The notes under the pieces: generated by a model
What the model saw: the letters and a program-made list of their open reading frames with translations, nothing else
The model's database searches: none
What the model was told of the DNA's origin: nothing
In this document: positions 15,386 to 22,603 of the stretch, in pieces
Position numbering within the stretch: the stretch's first letter is position 1
Layout: the number at the start of each line of letters is the position of its first letter
Program-made: the position numbers and the translations under genes
Source of the DNA: Spirochaetia bacterium
GTDB lineage: Bacteria; Spirochaetota; Spirochaetia; WTKD01
Assembly (NCBI GenBank): GCA_965243525.1
Contig: OZ251568.1
Location: 370,389 to 434,388 of the forward strand
DNA: 64,000 nt
Direction: 5' to 3'

Positions 15386-16034
15386 AATTTTCTGCCCCCT
15401 CTAGATTTTTTGCAGAATTGCCGTGTTCTTTTTTTGAAGAATGAGTAAATCGCACGAAAAGAAATGCAGTTCGCAGCGATATGGGCAAGCGCAGCACAGA
15501 CAGAACAAACTGTCGCAGCTTCGGTGCATCTTTGTATTTACAGAAAAGTGCATGGATGCCCGCCAAAAAAAAGATCACCAAGGTTGACGCATGTAGGAGG
15601 TACTGGCCAACCCAGGAGACGAGAATCATCCATGTGAATAGAAAATCGCATAACGACGGATTCTGTGTGTTTGGAGAATACGTGGTATGGATGATTGGGG
15701 AGGTGATCAACGGGGTATCCTGGGAGGGGATACCAAGGATCGATGCAACAAGGGGATCGTGATCAATCCATTGAGGCCATAGGGTTAAAAAAGGGGCGAA
15801 GAGACCGTCAGTCAGGAGAGAAGACCAGGACTCCCGCCCGCGTATACATGTTTTAGCGCTCATATCAGGAATGCCGATAGAGTCGCGATGATGGAAATTG
15901 CTCGCAGAGTCAGGCGCATCAGGACTTGGATCATCCAGCGGTCGCTGCATTCTGCATTGCGATGCATGCTGAGATTCGGAGAATCCGTGGTGTATCGCCG
16001 TGATTTGTCCTCGTGCTAGCTCAGTCATACCCAT
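15366..16034 (-). CDS. Hypothetical first early gene (cro position), with hydrophobic C-terminal half
   Basis: The ORF track starts at 16070, inside the promoter/operator. I prefer the ATG at 16034 or 16028. No HTH is recognisable. The composition is H/S/P/W-rich, so coding status is uncertain. Confidence 0.3.
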   Translation of the reverse strand: MGMTELARGQITAIHHGFSESQHASQCRMQRPLDDPSPDAPDSASNFHHRDSIGIPDMSAKTCIRGRESWSSLLTDGLFAPFLTLWPQWIDHDPLVASILGIPSQDTPLITSPIIHTTYSPNTQNPSLCDFLFTWMILVSWVGQYLLHASTLVIFFLAGIHALFCKYKDAPKLRQFVLSVLRLPISLRTAFLFVRFTHSSKKEHGNSAKNLEGAENYAKNLA

Positions 16035-16039
16035 CAATT

Positions 16040-16066
16040 CCAATATATAGAACTTCCTATATTTGG
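16040..16066. promoter_or_regulatory. Candidate repressor operator (near-perfect palindrome)
   Basis: CCAATATATAG-AACTTC-CTATATTTGG overlaps the -10 and spacer of the early promoter. Confidence 0.4.
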
Positions 16067-16070
16067 TCAA
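16042..16070 (-). promoter_or_regulatory. Early (PR-like) sigma70-type promoter
   Basis: On the minus strand, -35 TTGACC (16070-16065), a 17-nt spacer and -10 TATATT (16047-16042). The predicted start near 16035 makes the first ORF almost leaderless. Confidence 0.5.
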
Positions 16071-16110
16071 TACTATTTTTACTACTTCTTTATTTTTATT
16101 TGGATTCGAA

Positions 16111-16116
16111 TATAAT
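16111..16116 (+). promoter_or_regulatory. -10 element (TATAAT) of the repressor gene promoter
   Basis: A perfect TATAAT lies 18 nt upstream of the ATG at 16134. The upstream region is AT-rich and the -35 is weak. AGGAGAG RBS at 16124-16130. Confidence 0.35.
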
Positions 16117-16133
16117 TAGTCTTAGGAGAGACT

Positions 16134-16952
16134 ATGCATATTTTTTGGAAAAATGTATTAGCAACGGGACTTTCGCAGAATGAGATTGCGCGCAAGGCGC
16201 AGTTGACGAAATCGAAGGTATCGAATCAGATCATCAACGAGAAGGGCCCTACGCTAGACGACGCAATGAAGATCGCCCGCGCCCTTGATATTCCGTTGAG
16301 CATCCTCACCGAAGAGAAAACAGAGGTGCCCAAACGTGAGATGACCCTCGCTGACTTTCAAAACAAGGAGCAGTCGCAGGATATTACCACTGAGCGGCTC
16401 GCTGTGGCACTTTCAAAACTCGAGGGTATTCTCAACCGAGGTATGGCCATCAACAAGACAGTCGAGCGCCATATCGCCTTTATGCGTGATCTGCAGAAAC
16501 CGGCCACGCTCAACACCTATTCCGTTTCGATTCCGGTGTTCGAAGGCGCAAACGACGATAACGAGGGTTGGTATTCCATCAAGGAGCTTGGCACGGTGGC
16601 AGCAGGATCGATGCGTGAGGCTTGGGAGGCTTCTGACAAAACTCACCAGGTGCCTGCACGACACATTCCTTCGGGGCATCAACACGAGTATTTCATCTTG
16701 CGTGTCAGTGGCAGGAGCATGATCAACTATGGCATTGAGGATGGGTCCTATTGTTTGATAAAGAAGACCAATAGCGCAGAGCGCGGACAGGTGGTCGTGG
16801 TTCGAGACGGCGATTCGGTCACGCTCAAGCAGCTGATTCAGGACGAACAGAACAACACCTTGCTTGCCTATCAAGATGGGAGTGGTCGCAAAATCCTGTG
16901 TACCCCGCAGATGGAGATCATCGGGGTCTTCGTACAGATTCTGCGCGCCTAG
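16134..16952 (+). CDS. CI/LexA-type phage repressor (XRE HTH + S24 autopeptidase)
   Basis: 272 aa. The N-terminal HTH is LSQNEIARKAQLTKSKVSNQI. A candidate Ala-Gly cleavage site lies in VAAGSM. The S24 Ser is in VSGRSM and the Lys in VTLKQL. Confidence 0.85.
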   Translation: MHIFWKNVLATGLSQNEIARKAQLTKSKVSNQIINEKGPTLDDAMKIARALDIPLSILTEEKTEVPKREMTLADFQNKEQSQDITTERLAVALSKLEGILNRGMAINKTVERHIAFMRDLQKPATLNTYSVSIPVFEGANDDNEGWYSIKELGTVAAGSMREAWEASDKTHQVPARHIPSGHQHEYFILRVSGRSMINYGIEDGSYCLIKKTNSAERGQVVVVRDGDSVTLKQLIQDEQNNTLLAYQDGSGRKILCTPQMEIIGVFVQILRA

Positions 16953-16961
16953 GCTGCTGTT

Positions 16962-17125
16962 TTTGGATTATCCTGTTCTGGTCTATTGACCCGGATGCCT
17001 TCTTGTCACAAGATTTGCTCCATTGGAACTGGATTTTATTGACTTGAATTGAGCAGAATTTGGATTATCTGTTCGAGGGTTATTAGGCTTTGATCCACCG
17101 GCCTGGATGCCTGCATGCCACAAGC
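16962..17125 (+). repeat. Two imperfect direct repeats that echo the 3' part of tRNA-Val (candidate decayed att sites)
   Basis: Unit 1 is 16962-17012 and unit 2 is 17059-17125. They share TTTGGATTATC(C)TGTTC, GGATGCCT and TG(T/C)CACAAG. Unit 2 (gggttattaggctttgatccaccggcc...cctgcatgccacaagc) aligns by eye with tRNA-Val plus-sense gcggtattgggttcgaaccaacgacc...cttgcatgtcaagc. Confidence 0.4.
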
Positions 17126-17351
17126 TGCTGCTTGTTGAGACGGTTTTGCGTGGTGCAGGCTGTGTATATCAAAAAAAACCTGCACAGCACCGGAGTACAT
17201 GCACATATCGATGTGGCGCCTCACTCGTATTAATTATACCTTGATCGAGAAGACCGGCCAGAATCCCCAGATCTTGTTTCTGGCGCGACACAGAGCAGTG
17301 GAATCGAAGCACAAACAGCGAGGATATCCAGTATACCCGTCACGGTGGAGA

Positions 17352-17786
17352 TCAAACCTTCACCATTTCGCTTTTCTGCCGTACGACAAGGATCACCACG
17401 TACAACAAAATGCCGAGTTGCAGGATGTACAAAACATTAAGCGAGAGCAAAAACGCATTGATAACCCAGGCACCGTTGTCTATGACTGGAATGAGCATGG
17501 GAATATTGATAAAACAAGCGATGGTGAGCAAGATGCCAGAAAGGTGCTTGCAGCAAAGGGGAATTTCAGATCGTCCGAGCAGTTTCATGAGGCTGAGAAC
17601 CAGAATCGTGATGCTTAGAATGAGAAGAAGTGCAAGGTCTGTCCAAAACAGCACCCAGAATAGGAGTCGTTCTGAAATGGGAAAAAGTCGAATGCCGGCA
17701 AGATGCATCAAGATGCCGGAAAAAAAGGCAATCAAGATCGAATACATCAGCCAATGTTTTGCGAAACTTATCATGGGTTTAACCAT
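17352..17786 (-). CDS. Multi-pass membrane protein, unknown function
   Basis: 144 aa with about four hydrophobic helices. It lies between the tRNA-like echoes and the intact tRNA-Val. Confidence 0.5.
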   Translation of the reverse strand: MVKPMISFAKHWLMYSILIAFFSGILMHLAGIRLFPISERLLFWVLFWTDLALLLILSITILVLSLMKLLGRSEIPLCCKHLSGILLTIACFINIPMLIPVIDNGAWVINAFLLSLNVLYILQLGILLYVVILVVRQKSEMVKV

Positions 17787-18106
17787 ATACTATTCCTCGT
17801 TGTTAAGTATACACCAAAAATGAATCAATACCATCAACGTGCAAATTTTTTGCCCTTCTTTGCGAGGATTTCGTTCCCATGGAATGCGCATCGAGGAGGC
17901 AAACATTAGGTCTATGCAGAAATATCTGGAATACGGCGGTGAATTGTCGTATAATAGTTTCATTGGTTGCCAGTGCGAGCTGCACGCAGCAAGATATGCG
18001 TAACATGCGCACCTTGCTTCATCAGAGATTGACTTGCTGAAGGGGGTTTGTCTTGTTTCTTGTGTTAATCGTAAAAAAGCAATTTTTACGTAACAAATGC
18101 GTGTAC

Positions 18107-18180
18107 TGGGCGGTATTGGGTTCGAACCAACGACCTCTTGCATGTCAAGCAAGCACTCTAACCAACTGAGCTAACCGCCC
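18107..18180 (-). tRNA. tRNA-Val (anticodon GAC)
   Basis: Hand-folded cloverleaf: acceptor GGGCGGT/ACCGCCC, D arm GCTC/GAGT, anticodon stem CTTGC/GCAAG with loop TTGACAT, T arm GTTGG-TTCGAAC-CCAAT, discriminator A. No CCA is encoded. Confidence 0.9.
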
Positions 18181-18378
18181 GGTGTATCTTACCAATGGTA
18201 ATTAAGTATGCCCGCAGCAACCAAACATAGACCAGACGGTGCAGCGGTTGAGCATAGCGGCGCATTGGTAATGCCTCATTATGTAGCCTGCCTGCCGTCA
18301 GGTCAAGCCTGCAGCAAGCTCTTCATAGCTTTTCATGGCGCGCGATACACCTCATGTGCTAGATTAATGCCATATTCT

Positions 18379-18702
18379 TTATTGACTGTTGAGTCCAGGC
18401 ACTTGCATATTGGCTTGATTAAGCATCTCTATGATTTGATCTCTTCTCTCTGGATGATTATTAACCTCTGCGACCAATCCATTATAAAATGATTCCAAAT
18501 CACCGCTGTTAATAGCTTGCCGATACAGTCGTTCTAATTCAGCAGTTGCATCACCAGCATTGGTAATTACATTACCGGTACCCATAATAAGACCATCTAC
18601 CCATGCAACAGCGTCATTGTACGCATCAAAAAGTGCGTTACAGCCTAAAACAGTGAATACAAGGAGTATTCCGATAATACTAAATAATACATGATTTCTC
18701 AT
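18379..18702 (-). CDS. Small lipoprotein, unknown function
   Basis: 107 aa. MRNHVLFSIIGILLVFTVLGC carries a lipobox (VLGC). Confidence 0.55.
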   Translation of the reverse strand: MRNHVLFSIIGILLVFTVLGCNALFDAYNDAVAWVDGLIMGTGNVITNAGDATAELERLYRQAINSGDLESFYNGLVAEVNNHPERRDQIIEMLNQANMQVPGLNSQ

Positions 18703-18889
18703 GCTAGAGAGTATAATAACAAAACAACCGCAGACAAGGTAAACTTATGTTTTTTAGGTAGACTAAATATTACTCTTATGTTCTATGCATGCGGTTTTTT
18801 GTGATCAGTTACAAGATTGCTTGCCAAAGGCAGGGCATAAGGCCAGACAATTTGACACAGGACAAAAATCCCGCTATTTTATAGCTACT

Positions 18890-20503
18890 ATGAACAATAA
18901 AGCATCGAAGCAGCAACAATCTTCCCAAAAAAAACAGGCTGGAAAAACAAAACAGCATTTTAAACATTCCAGCCTTCTCTATATTGGTTCGGTCGTGATC
19001 CTGGTTATCATTATCGTCACCTTTATTGGTGGCCCTCTTGCGTCTTCTCAAGGAGATGCTGGGCTGTCGTTTGGCAGTTACAACGGGAAGGATATCCGCT
19101 ATGTGCAGGATTCTCATTTTGCAAGCCTCGTTGAACTCTACAACGACAATTTTGGCCATCGAAGCCTAGGCAGCGATTCAGAATTCAATCTCATCACACA
19201 GCTTGTTTGGAGCAGAGCTTTCGATGACACAGTGACCTTTCTTGCAAGTCTTGACAAGGCTGAGCGATCAGGCATTCTTGTTGCAAGCACCCAAATCGAT
19301 GAAGAAATCATCAACAGTCCTCGTTTTCAGGAGGAAGATGGAACATTCTTGCTTGAACGATACAAAAACACCCCCAACCAGGATCTTTTCGAGATGAAAC
19401 GACGCCTCAACGAATCACTCATGGTCGATCAACTGATCACCGACATTGGCCAGGAAGCTTGGATCAGCTCGAATGAGGTGGAGTATCTCCAAGAGATGAA
19501 CGATGTTCAAAAGGATATCCATTTGATTGAATTTTCTCCTGATTCCTTTCCAGATGAGCAGGTCACGGCCTGGGCAACGGAGAACGCCAATCTTACGCGT
19601 CGACGAAGCCTTTCCAGCATCACGGTTAACGATGAACTCGAAGCGGTGCAGAAAATCTATGACACGGTTGCTCTTTCGCCAGAATCATTCGAAGAGAACG
19701 CACGACTTTATTCAACTGATGAATTTTCGCCGCAAGGAGGAGCTCGCGGAGAAATCTATGCCTTTGAGCTGATTGACCTTTTGGCAGAAGAGGATGTTGC
19801 AAGCCTATTCGATGATGCACTGGCGACCGGCGAGATTTCAGGTATTCTGCCCATCAAAGATATTGAAAACAGCTATGTTTTTTTCAGAGCAAGCGACGAC
19901 ACCACTGCATTCGACCCTGCTGATACGGATCAGCTTTCTTCTTTTCGCGATTATATCACCGATTATCATCCCGAACGCGTGAGCAATTATGTCACCGAAA
20001 GCGCTGCTTCTTTCGTAGCGGCGGCACAAGACAGCTCGTTCATAGCGGCAGCACTCAACCAAGGGCTTGAATACGTCAGCCTTGATTCGGTACCCATGGC
20101 CTATGGAACTGATTCTATTTTCAACACAGTTGACGCTTCGGAACACCCCATCCTGTTCACGGCGTTTCAGCGGGACAACTTTCTCAAAGCGCTCTTCCAA
20201 CTCGATGCATCTGAAATTTCTGAACCGATTTCAGTACGTGACAGCGTCTTGGTATTTTCCGTGCGTGATGTATCCCCCACTCCCCTCACCGATGTTTTGG
20301 CCCTCGAAGAGGACTACACCTCTGAAGTCGTCAATTACAGACAGGGTCAACTCGAATCCTTTGTCGTTGATGACGATCTGCTTGTGAACAATTTTCAAAA
20401 TGTTTTCGATCAGCATATCCGATACGAACCACCCGTCGAAGAGGCAGCAACTGAGCAAGAGAGCATCCTGGAAGACGCTCCGACAGAACCAATTCCTGAA
20501 TAG
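18890..20503 (+). CDS. PpiD/SurA-like periplasmic chaperone with a parvulin-type PPIase-like domain
   Basis: The ORF track starts at 18785. I prefer the ATG at 18890 (MNNKASKQQ..., a basic N-terminus followed by the TM LLYIGSVVILVIIIVTFIG). The middle block ...ENARLYSTDEFSPQGGARGEIYAFELI...GEISGILP... resembles a rotamase domain. Confidence 0.6.
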   Translation: MNNKASKQQQSSQKKQAGKTKQHFKHSSLLYIGSVVILVIIIVTFIGGPLASSQGDAGLSFGSYNGKDIRYVQDSHFASLVELYNDNFGHRSLGSDSEFNLITQLVWSRAFDDTVTFLASLDKAERSGILVASTQIDEEIINSPRFQEEDGTFLLERYKNTPNQDLFEMKRRLNESLMVDQLITDIGQEAWISSNEVEYLQEMNDVQKDIHLIEFSPDSFPDEQVTAWATENANLTRRRSLSSITVNDELEAVQKIYDTVALSPESFEENARLYSTDEFSPQGGARGEIYAFELIDLLAEEDVASLFDDALATGEISGILPIKDIENSYVFFRASDDTTAFDPADTDQLSSFRDYITDYHPERVSNYVTESAASFVAAAQDSSFIAAALNQGLEYVSLDSVPMAYGTDSIFNTVDASEHPILFTAFQRDNFLKALFQLDASEISEPISVRDSVLVFSVRDVSPTPLTDVLALEEDYTSEVVNYRQGQLESFVVDDDLLVNNFQNVFDQHIRYEPPVEEAATEQESILEDAPTEPIPE

Positions 20504-20536
20504 CACCGACGGAATCTAGAAAATCTAGATCGCAAC

Positions 20537-20589
20537 TATATACTCTGTTTTTCGAGGCGTGCATATCGCTAGATCAAGCAGAGTATATA
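20537..20589. repeat. 11-bp inverted repeat (TATATACTCTG ... CAGAGTATATA) with a 31-nt loop
   Basis: Seen directly in the convergent intergenic region between the PpiD-like gene and lepA. No U tract follows it. Confidence 0.6.
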
Positions 20590-20603
20590 CACTCTGAACC
20601 GAG

Positions 20604-20749
20604 CTAATTGTCGATTTTTCGCTGAAATTTTGCACAACGGTCAGTTTTCACGAGATATACGCCCACCAACACCGGCCTAATTGTCGATTTTTCGCTGAAA
20701 TTTTGCACAACGGTCGATTTTCGCAGGATATACGCAACCCGAACCGGCC
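20604..20749. repeat. Tandem direct repeat, 2 x 73 bp (plus a partial third end)
   Basis: Copies at 20604-20676 and 20677-20749. The first 39 nt (ctaattgtcgatttttcgctgaaattttgcacaacggtc) are identical and the rest has diverged. The units abut with no spacer. Confidence 0.85.
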
Positions 20750-20784
20750 AGTTCCACAGCGGCACAGGCATACTGAGGCATAGG

Positions 20785-22596
20785 TTATTCTTCGTGATAG
20801 GTACGCAAGACCGCCAAAAATGCCTTTTGGGGAATTTCCACATTGCCAATGCGTTTCAAACGCTTTTTCCCACGCTTTTGTTTTTCAAGGAGTTTTTTCT
20901 TGCGGGTGACATCGCCGCCATAGAGTTTTTCAGTTACATCCTTGCGGAAGGCCTTTATGGTTTCACGAGCGATAATTGTGCCTCCAATCGCACCCTGGAT
21001 GGGAATCGCAAACTGGTGGCGTGGAATCAGCACCTGCAATGATTTACACAGTTCCCGCGCGCGTCGCTCAGCGGATCCTCGCCACACCAACATCGACAAG
21101 GCTTCGACCGGTTCATGGTTGATGAGAATGTCCAGCCGCACCAGTTCAACCTGCCGATAGTCGATGATTTCATAATCCATCGATGCATAGCCGCGACTCC
21201 GCGATTTCAGCTGGTCATAGAAATCATACAAAATCTCCACAAGGGGAATCTCATAGATCAGCTCAACCCGATGCGCATCGAGAAAATTCAAAGATCGCTG
21301 CGTGCCCCGTCGCTCTGCGCAGAGTTGGAGTATATTTCCCAGATAGTCCTGCGGAACGATGATCGTGGTTCTAATATAGGGCTCAAAACTCTTCTCAATC
21401 CGCACCGGATCTGGATATTCCTGAGGCGTATCGATGAACACCGTTTGTTTGTCCTTCAATTCCAGTTTGTAGCGAACAGAGGGTGCCGTAAACACCACAT
21501 TGAGGTCGAATTCGCGTTCAAGGCGTTCTTGCACAACCTCAAGATGCAGCAATCCCAAAAATCCACATCGAAAACCAGGACCAAAAGCCGCCGCAAAATC
21601 CTTGCGAAACTGCAATGATCCATCATTGAGCTGGAGTTTTTCAATAGCAGTTGTCAGCTCACCGTATTCATCTGAATCACTGGGATAGATCGACGAAAAC
21701 ACCGTTGATTTTATGATACCGATGCCGCGAATCGGTTCGACGTTGTCCTTGTTCGTCACAGAAAACAGCGTATCACCAACCGATACATCCGCAATCTTCT
21801 TGATTCCTGCACAGATATACCCAAATTCCCCCGCATGCAAGGCCTCACAAGGCATAAGCTGAATCTTAAACTTTCCCACTTCTTCAATCTTATAGATCGC
21901 CCGGTTGGAATGCATCATGACCTGCATTCCGGCCTGCAGAATTCCGCCATAAATGCGCACATGCAGAATCACCCCGCGATACAGGTCATAATGACTATCA
22001 ACGACAAAAACCCGCAAGGGGTCCTGCGGATTGCCCTCCGGTGCCGCGATGCGCTGAATGATCTGTTCTATGACATTCTCCACCCCGATGCCGTTCTTTG
22101 CAGAGACCTGCAGAATTTCATCCTCAGAAAATCCAAAATAATGCGTGAGCTGCCCAGTGACGGTTTCAATATCAGCAGCAGGCAAATCAATCTTGTTCAA
22201 AACAGGAATCACATGCAGATCGCGCTCGAGGGCAAGGTAATAATTTGAAATCGTCTGCGCCTGCATCCCCTGTGCGGCATCCACCAGCAAGACTGCCCCC
22301 TCGCTCGCAGCAATCGCTCGCCTGACCTCATAACTAAAATCAACATGTCCCGGCGTATCGATCAGGTTCAATTCATAGGTCTTGCCATCCCGTGCGTGAT
22401 ATTCCAGCGACACCGTCTGCGATTTGATCGTGATGCCGCGTTCTTGCTCGATATCCATCGAATCAAGCATCTGATTGCGAAAGTTTCGTTGTGGCACCAA
22501 TTTTACTCGTTCGATAAAGCGGTCTGCGAGGGTTGATTTTCCGTGGTCTACGTGTGCGATGATGCAGAAATTTCTGATAGAATGCGTTTTTTTCAT
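20785..22596 (-). CDS. lepA: Elongation factor 4 (LepA)
   Basis: 603 aa. IRNFCIIAHVDHGKSTLADR (G1), DTPGHVDF (G3), NKIDL (G4) and the LepA-type C-terminus. Confidence 0.95.
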   Translation of the reverse strand: MKKTHSIRNFCIIAHVDHGKSTLADRFIERVKLVPQRNFRNQMLDSMDIEQERGITIKSQTVSLEYHARDGKTYELNLIDTPGHVDFSYEVRRAIAASEGAVLLVDAAQGMQAQTISNYYLALERDLHVIPVLNKIDLPAADIETVTGQLTHYFGFSEDEILQVSAKNGIGVENVIEQIIQRIAAPEGNPQDPLRVFVVDSHYDLYRGVILHVRIYGGILQAGMQVMMHSNRAIYKIEEVGKFKIQLMPCEALHAGEFGYICAGIKKIADVSVGDTLFSVTNKDNVEPIRGIGIIKSTVFSSIYPSDSDEYGELTTAIEKLQLNDGSLQFRKDFAAAFGPGFRCGFLGLLHLEVVQERLEREFDLNVVFTAPSVRYKLELKDKQTVFIDTPQEYPDPVRIEKSFEPYIRTTIIVPQDYLGNILQLCAERRGTQRSLNFLDAHRVELIYEIPLVEILYDFYDQLKSRSRGYASMDYEIIDYRQVELVRLDILINHEPVEALSMLVWRGSAERRARELCKSLQVLIPRHQFAIPIQGAIGGTIIARETIKAFRKDVTEKLYGGDVTRKKKLLEKQKRGKKRLKRIGNVEIPQKAFLAVLRTYHEE

Positions 22597-22603
22597 GAAT
22601 AAA

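Larger units (their letters stand above)
1..17125. mobile_element. Prophage-derived element (immunity + early + lysis + contractile tail; head, packaging and integrase genes absent from the window); left end lies beyond the window
   Basis: Back-to-back minus-strand operons with many 4-8 nt start/stop overlaps encode recognisable phage functions. A divergent HTH+S24 repressor lies at 16134-16952. Eroded tRNA-Val-like direct repeats lie at 16980-17125 and an intact tRNA-Val at 18107-18180. The right boundary is inferred from those repeats. Confidence 0.75.

Noticed and set aside
18070-18090. An 8-bp AT-only hairpin (CGTAAAAA-loop-TTTTTACG) just 3' of tRNA-Val as its terminator
   Set aside because: The stem is all A-T apart from two pairs and no separate U tract follows, so it is too weak to call.
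16953-18106. A search for an integrase or its remnant between the repressor gene and tRNA-Val (ORFs 17036-17224, 17199-17618, 17410-17823)
   Set aside because: None shows tyrosine-recombinase (R..H..R..Y) or serine-recombinase features. Two of them are antisense to the convincing 4-TM ORF 17352-17786.
17790-18152. A 120-aa ORF (and the nested 17803-18012) next to the membrane-protein gene
   Set aside because: Its N-terminal part is the translation of tRNA-Val (…VGSNPIPPS…). The rest is C/W/R-rich with no RBS.
20604-20849. An 81-aa ORF over the 73-bp tandem repeats, and the idea that the repeats form a CRISPR array
   Set aside because: The ORF is created by the repeats and overlaps the lepA 3' end. 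The repeat units abut with no unique spacers, are too long and number only about two, and no cas genes are nearby.
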